DNA of 64,000 bases from Leptonemataceae bacterium (GTDB lineage: Bacteria > Spirochaetota > Leptospiria > Leptospirales > Leptonemataceae): NCBI GenBank assembly GCA_965227295.1, contig OZ245742.1, positions 3,520,001 through 3,584,000 of the forward strand, read 5' to 3'. The notes under the pieces are model-generated. The model worked only from the letters and a program-made list of their open reading frames with translations. It did no database searches and was not told the DNA's origin. Shown here in pieces: positions 9,687-19,170 of the stretch (its first letter is position 1; every line of letters starts with the position of its first letter). Made by a program: the position numbers and the translations under genes.

Positions 9687-10040
9687 ATGAGCCGCCGACT
9701 GACCCTGTCCCTGACCGTCTGCCTGACCGCCGTCGTTTTGCTCGCCGGCGCCTGCCGTTCCGGGACGCAACGCAACTATTCCAACGACAATCAGATCGAA
9801 GTCTACGGCCGGCACTCCTGCCCGATCTGCCGGTCGTTCACCGCGCGCCTGCAATCTGAAAATCTCGCCTACGAATTTTATGACGTCGACGAAAAGCCCG
9901 AGCGCGCCCGGGAGATGTGGGACCTGATTGAAACGTCCTACCCGGGGCAGAAGTCCGTCGGCCTGCCGGTGGTTCGCGTAAACGGCAATGTGTTGATCCA
10001 GCCGAACTTTGATTCGGAGTTCGCGCAATTTTTGAAGTAG
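9687..10040 (+). CDS. Glutaredoxin-like lipoprotein
   Basis: Lipobox LAGAC; VYGRHSCPIC active site; GLPVVRVNG cis-Pro motif. Confidence 0.8.
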   Translation: MSRRLTLSLTVCLTAVVLLAGACRSGTQRNYSNDNQIEVYGRHSCPICRSFTARLQSENLAYEFYDVDEKPERAREMWDLIETSYPGQKSVGLPVVRVNGNVLIQPNFDSEFAQFLK

Positions 10041-10049
10041 CCGCGAGAG

Positions 10050-10457
10050 TTACGTCACGATCATCCAGGCCAGGACGGCGAAACAACCGAACTGTAAAAT
10101 CAAAAACGACGCCCGAATCGTGACGGCGATGGACGTGCCCGAGCTGATGTGCGCGACGGACTGCGCGAGCCGCGCGCCCAGATACACGAGTGCCACCGTT
10201 TCGAAGGCGGCATCCACGGCCCCGACGAACTGGCCGATCAGCACCGCGGCGCCCATGATCGGCAGGTTTTCCGCACTGTTCACGTGCGCACGGTTGATGC
10301 GCCAGTACAGATCACCGCCGTGCTGCTGGCCGGAGGGAAACTCGTTCGCCGCCTTTTTGCCGGCGAAGACGAGCATGGTCCGCCACATCACCACGGTGAA
10401 TCCCAACAGTGCGGTCCACGCCCCGAAGCCGAGTAAAGCAAGAAGTGCCTGGTTCAT
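10050..10457 (-). CDS. MAPEG family membrane protein
   Basis: RINRAHVNSAENL and RLAQSVAH motifs, four TM helices. Confidence 0.85.
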   Translation of the reverse strand: MNQALLALLGFGAWTALLGFTVVMWRTMLVFAGKKAANEFPSGQQHGGDLYWRINRAHVNSAENLPIMGAAVLIGQFVGAVDAAFETVALVYLGARLAQSVAHISSGTSIAVTIRASFLILQFGCFAVLAWMIVT

Positions 10458-10499
10458 ATACCGTAGTCGGACACGTCCCTGCTCCGAGTCAACACGGCT

Positions 10500-11678
10500 T
10501 TACCGAATGACCTCGCCGATGTTTCGTTTTACGTCCTCGCCGTAGAACAACGACTGCGACGCCGCCGGGATAAGTCCGCCGGACGGGAGAATCGTGCCGA
10601 TGACCACGGCGTAGCCGCGGCCGCGATCGAGAAACGGATAGAAGCCGTTCGCACCGAAGCTGTGATTGGAAGAATCCACGCTGCACAGCGCCGTAAAACA
10701 AACGCGCCAGTTACCCAGGCCGTAGTGCCAGTCGAAGCCGAACTGCGCGAACTGTGAGTACAGGATCTGCGTATTGGATTCGTACTGATCGGCGAGCATT
10801 GTGTCGATGGATGATTGCGAGAGGATCGTGTTGCCGTTGTAGGTGCCGCCGGACATCAGCATGATCATAAAACGCATGTACTCGTTCGAAGTGAGCACCA
10901 GGCCGTAGGCGCCGGCCAGGCTGCCGTCCCCGCTCAACGTCGAGACGTTCGCGTACCAGCGCGCCTGAGTTCCGTCGAACGCAAGTTTGTTGGAGTCGCC
11001 CAGGTATTTGTTGAACAGCGCCGTCCAACCGAGTCCCGTGCGAATCTCGGCCATGCGCTGGGCGACGGCCATGTGATTCGAATTGTAGACGAAGTACGCT
11101 CCGGGGCTGTCACCGGCGGTGGACGTGCGGATGGATTCGATGCACGCGTCTTTATCGGCATCGCTGGCGTTGTCCGGCAGACTGGAGATGCATTCATCGC
11201 TGCCGGACAGGCGACTCGCGGCACGCAGTCCCGAGGTGAACGCAAGCAACTGCCGCATGGTAATGGTTCCTTGAGTACCGGTCCAGCCCAGGACGTCGCC
11301 GGTGGTCGTATCGAGGGTGAGCGCCGGGGAAACGGAGGCGTCCTCGGTGATGGCCATGATCACGGCGGCGGTCATCCACTTGGAAGCGGAGAAGATCGGT
11401 TGGTACGTGGACTTCGTGAGGCTTGCGTCTTTCCAGCGCTCGTACACGAGCGTGCCCGAGGAGTTGATGATCTGGATGTTCGCTCCGGACGGGGCGCGAT
11501 CGGCGAAACGATCGAAGCAGCGGTCGAGGCCGGTGCAGAGATAAAAGGCCGGACCGAAGAGGGCGTCCTGCCAGAGCTCCGCGTCTTCTTTCGCGTCGGA
11601 GTCGTTCCCGAAGTGAGCATTGGTGCAGCCCGCAAGAAACGTAAAGATCGTAAGAACAAACGTTAGAGGTCTTTTCAT
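10500..11678 (-). CDS. Serine hydrolase, beta-lactamase/PBP-like fold, lipoprotein
   Basis: Lipobox LAGC; SASK (SxxK), ITMRQLLAFTSG, FVYNS, HSFGANG. Confidence 0.85.
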   Translation of the reverse strand: MKRPLTFVLTIFTFLAGCTNAHFGNDSDAKEDAELWQDALFGPAFYLCTGLDRCFDRFADRAPSGANIQIINSSGTLVYERWKDASLTKSTYQPIFSASKWMTAAVIMAITEDASVSPALTLDTTTGDVLGWTGTQGTITMRQLLAFTSGLRAASRLSGSDECISSLPDNASDADKDACIESIRTSTAGDSPGAYFVYNSNHMAVAQRMAEIRTGLGWTALFNKYLGDSNKLAFDGTQARWYANVSTLSGDGSLAGAYGLVLTSNEYMRFMIMLMSGGTYNGNTILSQSSIDTMLADQYESNTQILYSQFAQFGFDWHYGLGNWRVCFTALCSVDSSNHSFGANGFYPFLDRGRGYAVVIGTILPSGGLIPAASQSLFYGEDVKRNIGEVIR

Positions 11679-11807
11679 TATGCCCGGAACCTATTCAGGC
11701 AGGGGAAGCTTTCCATCTTTTTCACGCATTGTGCGACGGTTTCGTGACAAACCTTTGCACACCGCACAGGGCGGCGCACATGCGATCGATCGGGGCTTGC
11801 TTCGCGA

Positions 11808-12248
11808 TTATGTGTCGGGTTCGTACGGAATGTTTTCGAGGATGCGTTCGAGGTACTCAATGAGCTGGCGCCGATCGGCGTCGCTGAAGTCGCGGTAGGT
11901 TTCTTTGAGCAGCTTGCGGGAGATGGAAAACATGAGCGACTTCACGCGCCTGGCCTTCGGTGTCGCCTGAATGTAGGTGACGCGACTGTCGCTTTTATCG
12001 CGGCTGCGGGTGACGTAGCCGCCGGATTCCAGCTTGTTGATGAGAGAAGTGAGCGTGGACTTGTCGCGGTCGATCAACTGCGCGAGCTCACGCATGGTCG
12101 CTTTTTTACGCGACGCCAGCACGAAGAGGATGTCCCCGTGAGACGGAGACAGCTCTTCGATTTTCGCGCGCTTGAATTCACGCAGGAGATGGCGTTGGAA
12201 ACGATCCCGTATCCGGGCGATCAGCACGAGGAGGGACTCGGGTTTCAT
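11808..12248 (-). CDS. MarR family transcriptional regulator
   Basis: ELAQLIDRDKSTLTSLINKLESGGYVTR..D..DSR winged helix. Confidence 0.9.
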   Translation of the reverse strand: MKPESLLVLIARIRDRFQRHLLREFKRAKIEELSPSHGDILFVLASRKKATMRELAQLIDRDKSTLTSLINKLESGGYVTRSRDKSDSRVTYIQATPKARRVKSLMFSISRKLLKETYRDFSDADRRQLIEYLERILENIPYEPDT

Positions 12249-12276
12249 AGAGGTTCCCCGCGGCACGACGCACGCC

Positions 12277-12867
12277 TTATTTGTTCATGATGTGTGCGAT
12301 TTCCGCGAACGTGTGGGAGATTTCGTAGCTCTGGATGTTGATGCCCAGTTGCCGCGCAATCTGATTCAGCGAAAAGATGCCCCGCACGGTCTTGGCGTTG
12401 CCCGGGCCCTGGTTGTCGCAGACGAGGGCGTGCTGGCGTCCGGTTTTTTTCAGGGTTTCCACCACGTCACCGATGCGCGCCCGGCTCACGTCCTGGATCA
12501 TGAGCACCTCTTCCTGTTCGTGAGGAGTCATGATGTCCCGTACGGTGACCTCTTTGCGAGAGACGCCGTTGGTCTGGATGAACTTGAGCGGCTTTTCGCC
12601 GTTGATGTCCTGGGCGGAGATGACGCCTTCGACGCGGTCCATGCGGTCGGTGACCAGCAGCAGGCGGACTCCGCGCTGCTTCATGATGTCCAGGGCTTCG
12701 TCGATGCTTTCGTCCGGGCGCACGGTGCTGGCCGAAACGCGCTTGAGATCCGTCATGGCGTCGATGGCCGGGCTATCCAGATCGCACTGAGGCGGATGCA
12801 CGACGTCCGGCCGGTGGTAGGCGACGTCACTTTCCAGGGTGCTATTCGGTAATACGCTGAATGCCAT
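12277..12867 (-). CDS. CBS domain pair protein
   Basis: Two CBS repeats (EALDIMKQRGVRLLLV..GVIS; VRDIMTP..GIFS); GGAG RBS before ATG 12867. Confidence 0.85.
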   Translation of the reverse strand: MAFSVLPNSTLESDVAYHRPDVVHPPQCDLDSPAIDAMTDLKRVSASTVRPDESIDEALDIMKQRGVRLLLVTDRMDRVEGVISAQDINGEKPLKFIQTNGVSRKEVTVRDIMTPHEQEEVLMIQDVSRARIGDVVETLKKTGRQHALVCDNQGPGNAKTVRGIFSLNQIARQLGINIQSYEISHTFAEIAHIMNK

Positions 12868-12995
12868 GCAATAGAATCTCCGTGTAATCGTGGGCGTCGC
12901 TGCGAGCAAACGCCGTCGTTCAGAGAAATCCGGCAAGCCGTGATTTCAAACACTTTTTCACAACCAGGGCGGCTTACTCCGCGACCCGTCCGGCA

Positions 12996-15152
12996 TTACT
13001 TCGCCGATAGTTGCTTGTTGTCCTTGCGATCCACCGAAAGCACGCCGGGCACGTCGCGTAAGCTTTCGAAGATTTCTTCGAGATGATCGCGGTGTTCCAC
13101 TTCGAGAAGAAAACGGGCCCGCATGGTTTCTTCGCCGTTGCGGGGGATATCCGCCTCGGCCTTCAGAATGTTCGTGTAGGTTCGCGTAATGTGGCCCACC
13201 AGATCGAGATAGAGACCCTGGCGATCCAGGGCCTTGATTTCGATGGGCACCGGATACTTTTCGGTGAGGCCTTCCCATTTCACAGGAATGATGCGTTCCT
13301 GTTCCTGGGTCGCCAGATGCGTGCAATCCACGCGGTGGACGGTGACCCCGCGGCCCCTGGTTACGAAACCGATGATGCGATCGCCCGGAACGGGGCGGCA
13401 GCAACCGGCATAACGTACGGGTATATCGCTGGCCCCGGCGACCTCGATGGGGACCTGCTTCGGATCGGTGGTCTTGCGGCGCCGGATGCGAAGTTCGGTA
13501 CGGCCCAGGTTGTCCAGGATCGGAGCGAGGGTGGAAGGATCGACGGCAGGACCGTCCGTCTTCTTGTTCTGAGCGGCGGGCTGGGCCTTGCCGTTCTTGC
13601 CGGCGACTTTCTTTGCACTCTTGCGCGATTCGCCCGGCGCATCTTCTTCTTCGGAGCGGCGCAGATGGGCGCGCAACTTCTGACGGGCCCGGGGGGACTT
13701 CAGGTAACGCAGCCAGTTCGCGGACGGACTGGGCGTGCGATCCGTCAGTACTTCCACGCGATCGCCGGACTTGAGTTCGTAGCGCAACGGAACAATGCGA
13801 TCGTTCACGCGCGCACCGCGGCAACACAGGCCGATTTCCGTATGAATGCGAAATGCGAAGTCCAGCACCGTGGAGCCGGCCGGCAGATCGATGACGTCGC
13901 CCTTCGGAGTAAAGACGTAGACCTCGTCGGGGTCCAGCTCCTGGCGCAGGTCCTCGATGAACTCCGCCGTATCCCCGGGTGACTCGATCAGTCGCGCGAG
14001 ACGCTGTAGCCACTTGACGCGTTCCATCTCCACGCCGCCCGGATTTTTGGCGCCGTCGTTTTTGTAGATCCAGTGCGCGGCCACGCCGTAGTCGGCGATC
14101 TCGTTCATTTCGTCCGTGCGGATTTGAATTTCGAGCGGTCGTCCGTCCGGACCCACCACCGTCGTGTGCAGCGACTGGTAACCGTTGGACTTCGGCATGG
14201 CAATGTAGTCTTTGAAGCGACCCTGGATCGGCGGCCACAGCGTATGCACGATGCCCAGGGCCCCGTAGCAATCCCGCACGTCGTCGACGATGATGCGAAC
14301 ACCGCGCAGGTCGTAGATCTCGTCTAGAGATTTGTGCTGCTTTATCATCTTTTGATAGATGGAGTACTGATGTTTGGCCCGGCCTTCGATGCGCGCCTGG
14401 ATGTGAATCTCCGCCAGGCGTTGCTGGATGACTTTTTGAATGGTGTCGATGAAGCCGACGCGATCGCCCTGGGACTGGGCGAGGCCGGCCTCGATGGCCT
14501 CCCATTCGCCGGGCATACTGTGGCAGAAGCCCAGGTCTTCCAGCTCGGACTTCACGCGGAACATGCCGAGGCGACCGGCGATGGGGGCGTAGATGTCCAG
14601 GACCTCGCGCGCGATGCGCTGGACCTTCTCGGGCTTCTGGTGTTCCAGCGTGCGCATGTTGTGTAATTTGTCCGCGAGTTTGATTAAGATGACGCGCACG
14701 TCCTGGGCCGTGGCCAGCAGCATCAGGCGGATGTTCTCCGCGGCCTCTTTTGCTTTGAGTCGCGAGTAGGTACCGGGGCTTACCTCGTCCCGGGCTTTCT
14801 TGACCGTGGAGATTTTCGTCACGGCCTTGACGAGCATGTTGATTTCGGGACCGAAGCGTCGTTGGATGGAGTCGGCACCGAAGCGGGTGTCTTCGACGAC
14901 ATCGTGCAACAGGGCGGCGGCGATCGTATTGCAATCGAGGGATTGTTCGGCCAGGATCTGTGCCACGGCAATGGGATGGATGATGTACGGTTCGCCGGAC
15001 AGGCGCTTTTGATCGCGGTGCGCGCGGTTCGCGAAACGGAACGCGCGTTTGATGAGGGCCGCGTCGGGCCGGGCGACCCGTTCTTCTACGGTTCGCAGGA
15101 GCCGGCGAAAGTCCGCCAGAATCCGATACGCCGACGGGCGTGTGGCCTGCAT
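12996..15152 (-). CDS. spoT: Bifunctional (p)ppGpp synthetase/hydrolase, RelA/SpoT family
   Basis: Intact HD motif LHDVVED, synthetase RFKDY/GYQSLH/EIQIRT, TGS, CC..PGD zinc motif and ACT domain; alternative TTG start at 15188. Confidence 0.93.
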   Translation of the reverse strand: MQATRPSAYRILADFRRLLRTVEERVARPDAALIKRAFRFANRAHRDQKRLSGEPYIIHPIAVAQILAEQSLDCNTIAAALLHDVVEDTRFGADSIQRRFGPEINMLVKAVTKISTVKKARDEVSPGTYSRLKAKEAAENIRLMLLATAQDVRVILIKLADKLHNMRTLEHQKPEKVQRIAREVLDIYAPIAGRLGMFRVKSELEDLGFCHSMPGEWEAIEAGLAQSQGDRVGFIDTIQKVIQQRLAEIHIQARIEGRAKHQYSIYQKMIKQHKSLDEIYDLRGVRIIVDDVRDCYGALGIVHTLWPPIQGRFKDYIAMPKSNGYQSLHTTVVGPDGRPLEIQIRTDEMNEIADYGVAAHWIYKNDGAKNPGGVEMERVKWLQRLARLIESPGDTAEFIEDLRQELDPDEVYVFTPKGDVIDLPAGSTVLDFAFRIHTEIGLCCRGARVNDRIVPLRYELKSGDRVEVLTDRTPSPSANWLRYLKSPRARQKLRAHLRRSEEEDAPGESRKSAKKVAGKNGKAQPAAQNKKTDGPAVDPSTLAPILDNLGRTELRIRRRKTTDPKQVPIEVAGASDIPVRYAGCCRPVPGDRIIGFVTRGRGVTVHRVDCTHLATQEQERIIPVKWEGLTEKYPVPIEIKALDRQGLYLDLVGHITRTYTNILKAEADIPRNGEETMRARFLLEVEHRDHLEEIFESLRDVPGVLSVDRKDNKQLSAK

Positions 15153-15248
15153 GTCTGCTATATTAGAAGGACGGGCGGCGTCATACAACTGAAAAATTGC
15201 CGGCCGATGCGGCCGTCCTGTCGCGGGCTGCCCGGTCGATATTTACGG

Positions 15249-16118
15249 CTACAGCGCGTCGAAAATTCTCTGAAGGCCCTCCCGGAAATTCGGGCTGCTC
15301 AGTTTTTCCAGGTGCCCTTCCAGTTCCGCCACATCATCAAAGACCAATCGCAGTGTTAAGCGCGTCTGTTCCAGGTCGTCCGGCAGATCGAGCTGCATGT
15401 TCTTGAGCAGGCCCAGGTCCCGTCGCAGTTGCAGTAGTTCTTTGCGCAGCCTTTCGATCTCCGGCGATCGCAGGCGACGGACCAGGTCCCGAACCTCGTG
15501 CGCCGGAAACGAGCGCGACTTCGGGCGCTGGTCCCAGTGTTCGGACATGCGCCGGGCTTCAGCCAGGGCGCGGGAACGCTGCTCTGTATCGAGGTCGTAG
15601 TAGTCGAGGACAATGTCCCGGATAAAGTTGCGATTCAACGATCTCCGGGTAAACAGATGCAACCAGGCTTTGCGTTCTTCCGGGGCCAGGCGATTCCAGA
15701 GGCGCAGCACGTTTAGCGGAGCATCGAATTTGCGTGCCAGTTCGCGGGAGAGTTCATCCAGGTCGGCGTGTTCTTTAAACTCGGCCAGGGTTTTGAAATT
15801 CGGTCGGCGACCGGTGAAGGCCTCGAACACGATTTCGACGGGGTAGTCGGGATGATCGTCTAAATACGCGGCCAGGTCCACGCGATGAGGCGGGGCGAAG
15901 CGCAAAAGTTCGCGCCAGGCCGGCAGGTTCTGTAATTCGTCTTGAGTGAAAACGCCGAGGGGGCTCCGGTCCGACGTTTCGGCCAGGGGCGTCAGGAGCT
16001 GCAGGTTCGAACCGTCCTGCACGGCGTACGCGATGCGACGGTCCGGCGCCGCCCAGGGCAGGAGGCGTTCCCGCAGAAGGCTGTCATACTGTGCGCTGTC
16101 GATGAGTTGCCAGTGCAT
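15249..16118 (-). CDS. Hypothetical protein, helical
   Basis: 289-aa ORF filling the gap between spoT and the transglycosylase gene; function not recognised. Confidence 0.65.
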   Translation of the reverse strand: MHWQLIDSAQYDSLLRERLLPWAAPDRRIAYAVQDGSNLQLLTPLAETSDRSPLGVFTQDELQNLPAWRELLRFAPPHRVDLAAYLDDHPDYPVEIVFEAFTGRRPNFKTLAEFKEHADLDELSRELARKFDAPLNVLRLWNRLAPEERKAWLHLFTRRSLNRNFIRDIVLDYYDLDTEQRSRALAEARRMSEHWDQRPKSRSFPAHEVRDLVRRLRSPEIERLRKELLQLRRDLGLLKNMQLDLPDDLEQTRLTLRLVFDDVAELEGHLEKLSSPNFREGLQRIFDAL

Positions 16119-16168
16119 CGCACGAATCGAAACCCGCGATGCGTACGTGCGTCAAGTGCCAAAAATGA

Positions 16169-16882
16169 TTGCCGTGCTTGCCCGGAGCGTCACGCTTCCC
16201 CGTGCTCCCGCGATATCTCATGTGGTCCGCGTACTTCGCCGTCGTGCCCGTGCTTTGTATGATCGTGCTGTTCTTCCAGAACGCGCCGCGGGCCGGGCAA
16301 CTCATCGTGCACGGCGATCTTTCCGTGGAATACCATACGGCCGATGCCGGCGTCGTGTGGAAGAGCGGCGTGCCCGAATCCGCCGTGCGCGTCGACGACG
16401 TGCCGAAACACTTCACGGCCATGTTGTTGTATCAGGAAGATCAGGCCTTTTTTGATCATCACGGCTACAGCGCGCGGGAGATCTACATCGTGTTGCGGGA
16501 TTATGCGTTGCGCGGCGATCGGTTGCGCGGTGCGTCGACCATCACTCAGCAACTCGCCCGGGCGTTGTTCTTGAGCCAGGAACGTTCGTTGCGCCGTAAA
16601 CTGCTGGAGTTTCGCGCGGCGATCTTGCTGGAACATCGTCTCACTAAGTTGCAGATTCTGGAACTTTATGTGAATCATGTGTACTGGGGCGCGCGCCTCA
16701 CCGGACTCGCCGCCGCGGCGCGGCATTACTTCGGCAAGGCTCCGGCGCAATTGTCCCGGGAAGAGGCGGCGCTGCTCGTGGCGATTCTCCCGGAGCCGAA
16801 TGCCTGTCCGCGATTGCGGCGTTGCGACGACGAGGGCGTGGTGCGGCGGGCGCAGCGTTTGCTCAAGGCTCCGCCGCCCTAA
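16169..16882 (+). CDS. Monofunctional peptidoglycan transglycosylase (GT51, MtgA-like)
   Basis: EDQAFFDHHG, GASTITQQLAR, RKLLE, ILELYVN motifs; N-terminal TM; start uncertain. Confidence 0.88.
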   Translation: MPCLPGASRFPVLPRYLMWSAYFAVVPVLCMIVLFFQNAPRAGQLIVHGDLSVEYHTADAGVVWKSGVPESAVRVDDVPKHFTAMLLYQEDQAFFDHHGYSAREIYIVLRDYALRGDRLRGASTITQQLARALFLSQERSLRRKLLEFRAAILLEHRLTKLQILELYVNHVYWGARLTGLAAAARHYFGKAPAQLSREEAALLVAILPEPNACPRLRRCDDEGVVRRAQRLLKAPPP

Positions 16883-17805
16883 CCCAGGGGAGTTCCGGAA
16901 CCGAACACCACCAGAGACACAAGCACGACCACAATCGAGATCGGCGCGAGGATGACATCGGCGGCGACCGTCAGAGGCAGCAAAGGCAACAGGGCGTACT
17001 GATTGCGATCTTTGCTCCGGCCGGTCGGTTCGTTGAAGACGGCGTGTTGGCGAAACTCCGCCGTCTGGTCGGGTCGCTGCAATTTGGCCCACTGCACGGA
17101 TTTCAGTTCAAAGAGCAGGCCCGCGCCGAAGTCGTAGTACTGCACTGGAACGGGAGTCCAGTCTTCGATGGGCGGCATGGATTCCGGTATGTCCTTTGAT
17201 CCGGCTCCAAAGAACGTCACGTCTTCACCGGGAGCGGGGGCCGGCTTCGACGGAATATGACTCCAGTAAATTTCCGGAGGCTCGTCCTCGGTCAAAAGTG
17301 CAAGATAGCTGAAGCCCGGGGAGACGCGTGCCGCGAAGATCGGCTTACCCGTGGAGAAACGTATTCTGTTTATTCCAAAGCAGCGGCCCGCTGCATCGGG
17401 AACGCCTGCGAAATCGATTACGGTGTTGCGCACGGGAAACGGCAGCTCGTCACAGCGAAAGCTGCGTATGTCCGTGACGACGGACGGCGCGGCAGCAACG
17501 TCGCACGGGCCGAGTTTCAGCGGTTGCAGCGTGAAGTAATCCGTGTCCTTCTGACGAAAGGCTTCTTGAAGGTGTGCCTGCCCACACAACGGACCCCGGG
17601 CCCCCCAGGTACTCTCTCCCTGAAACGAAAAATAGAGCAACTCGCCGGCACCACTCTGGATATCGAGCAGTCGCGTCGCCTGCCAGTATTCGTTGTCCGG
17701 TTTCCGGAAGGCCTCATCGAGGAGCTTGCCGGTGAAGCAACTACTCAGGAGCGGATGAGCGGCGGTGAGCAGAAAGACCAGGATCGTGCGCCGGGGACAG
17801 TTCAT
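16879..17805 (-). CDS. Hypothetical lipoprotein with C-terminal hydrophobic tail
   Basis: LLSSC lipobox-like; C-terminal LLPLTVAADVILAP hydrophobic segment. Confidence 0.65.
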   Translation of the reverse strand: MNCPRRTILVFLLTAAHPLLSSCFTGKLLDEAFRKPDNEYWQATRLLDIQSGAGELLYFSFQGESTWGARGPLCGQAHLQEAFRQKDTDYFTLQPLKLGPCDVAAAPSVVTDIRSFRCDELPFPVRNTVIDFAGVPDAAGRCFGINRIRFSTGKPIFAARVSPGFSYLALLTEDEPPEIYWSHIPSKPAPAPGEDVTFFGAGSKDIPESMPPIEDWTPVPVQYYDFGAGLLFELKSVQWAKLQRPDQTAEFRQHAVFNEPTGRSKDRNQYALLPLLPLTVAADVILAPISIVVVLVSLVVFGSGTPLG

Positions 17806-17811
17806 ACATGC

Positions 17812-19170
17812 TCAGTCATTCACGATCTTAAAGTAATTGCCTTCGTCGTAGTTTTCGTACCGCGACCAGTCCAGAGCCTCGCCGCGGGGCTGAAACTCAT
17901 TGCCCTTGACCGATTTCGGTTTCACGCTGCGAAACAAAGAGTAGATGCCCACGGCGAGGGATTGGGCCACCTCTTCGCGTTCCTCAATCACCAGATCACG
18001 ATCACGGGTGCGATTGATGAAGGCGATCTCCAGGTAGGCCACGACCGCGTTCACGAAAGTAGGCAGGCTATACGTGCTTACGTACGGCGGCTGAATGGGA
18101 CCGATGGCGTCGCGACTGCGCATCTTCGGTTCGAGGACCCGCACACCGTGTTGTACGAAGCGCATGAGTTCGTCGGTGGCGTAGTGGTTGTCACCGCCGT
18201 AGCCCAGGCGACCGCCTTCCCGGCGCCACCGTTCCGGTTTGGCCTTCTCGCGGTCCCAGAAAGCCGCGTCCTCGGCGCGGAACTGTTTGAAGTCCACGGC
18301 GAAACGTCCCGGTTTGTCGGGATCGTACAGTTTCCACCAGCCCGGCGGATCGGCGTACCGCCACTGCATCATGTTGTAACGAATGCCGCGGTTCTTGTTG
18401 TCGTTAATGTCTGTTCCCTTGCGGTTTGTACGAAAGCCGTTGAAGTAGACCCAGGTGTCCGCCCGGGCCGCTTCGAACTGGGACCAGCCCGGATCGGTAA
18501 CCAGCCATAGTTTGTTCCAGGGCGATTGGTCGAACCTCGAGCGCGGAAGTTCACCGAGGTGAATGCGGCGGATCATATCGAAGGTTTCGTAGCCGGGGCT
18601 CAGGACCGCCGCCATGCCGCCCTTGTGTCCGGCGCCGGCCGGGTTCATGTGCAGCGAGACGACGAGGTACGGCTCCTGGTCATTGATCCAGGAGATGCGC
18701 CCCTGTTGCATGCGGCCCTGCCTGTCGGGGAAATCGTAGAGCCGGTAGCGCGAGTTGAGGTCGCCTTTCTTTTGTTTCGCGCTCAGTTCATCGTAACTTT
18801 CAGTGCGCGAAAGTTTCGCATCGATGATGATGCGTTCGAAGTGTTTCTGGTCCGAGAATTTGCGCAGCAGCGCTTCGAATTTTTCCCAGTCGGCCGGGCT
18901 TTTCGTCCAGGCCAGGTAATGCTCCACGCGCCGACTGAGCTGCATCATGAGCTTATGCTCACGGTACTTGCGATAGGCGGTGCCGTAGTAGAAGTAACTG
19001 AGATACTCACGGCTGACCGGGTCCCACTTGTCGTCCTTCTGGCGCTTGTTCATACCTCCGTGGCCGGGATCGATGACCACGGAGTAGGTACTGACGGGTT
19101 CGCAGCCGAGGGCGACGGCGAAAACAAGATGAAGGACGATGAAACCGAAAAAATACGTGCGCAGTTTCAG
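17812..19170 (-). CDS. N-acetylmuramoyl-L-alanine amidase (Amidase_3), probable lipoprotein with CTG start
   Basis: VVIDPGHGG, E in YREHKL, SLHMN, YLEIAF; in-frame upstream signal peptide LKLRTYFFGFIVLHLVFAVALGC beginning at CTG 19170. Confidence 0.8.
   Translation of the reverse strand: MKLRTYFFGFIVLHLVFAVALGCEPVSTYSVVIDPGHGGMNKRQKDDKWDPVSREYLSYFYYGTAYRKYREHKLMMQLSRRVEHYLAWTKSPADWEKFEALLRKFSDQKHFERIIIDAKLSRTESYDELSAKQKKGDLNSRYRLYDFPDRQGRMQQGRISWINDQEPYLVVSLHMNPAGAGHKGGMAAVLSPGYETFDMIRRIHLGELPRSRFDQSPWNKLWLVTDPGWSQFEAARADTWVYFNGFRTNRKGTDINDNKNRGIRYNMMQWRYADPPGWWKLYDPDKPGRFAVDFKQFRAEDAAFWDREKAKPERWRREGGRLGYGGDNHYATDELMRFVQHGVRVLEPKMRSRDAIGPIQPPYVSTYSLPTFVNAVVAYLEIAFINRTRDRDLVIEEREEVAQSLAVGIYSLFRSVKPKSVKGNEFQPRGEALDWSRYENYDEGNYFKIVND

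Noticed and set aside
10500..11678. Possible antibiotic-resistance beta-lactamase
   Set aside because: Only the generic SxxK fold is evident; such lipoproteins are commonly esterases or peptidases and there is no mobile context.
12958..14934. 658-aa Arg-rich ORF on the same strand as spoT
   Set aside because: Alternative-frame shadow with Arg/Pro/Gly composition typical of off-frame GC-rich sequence.
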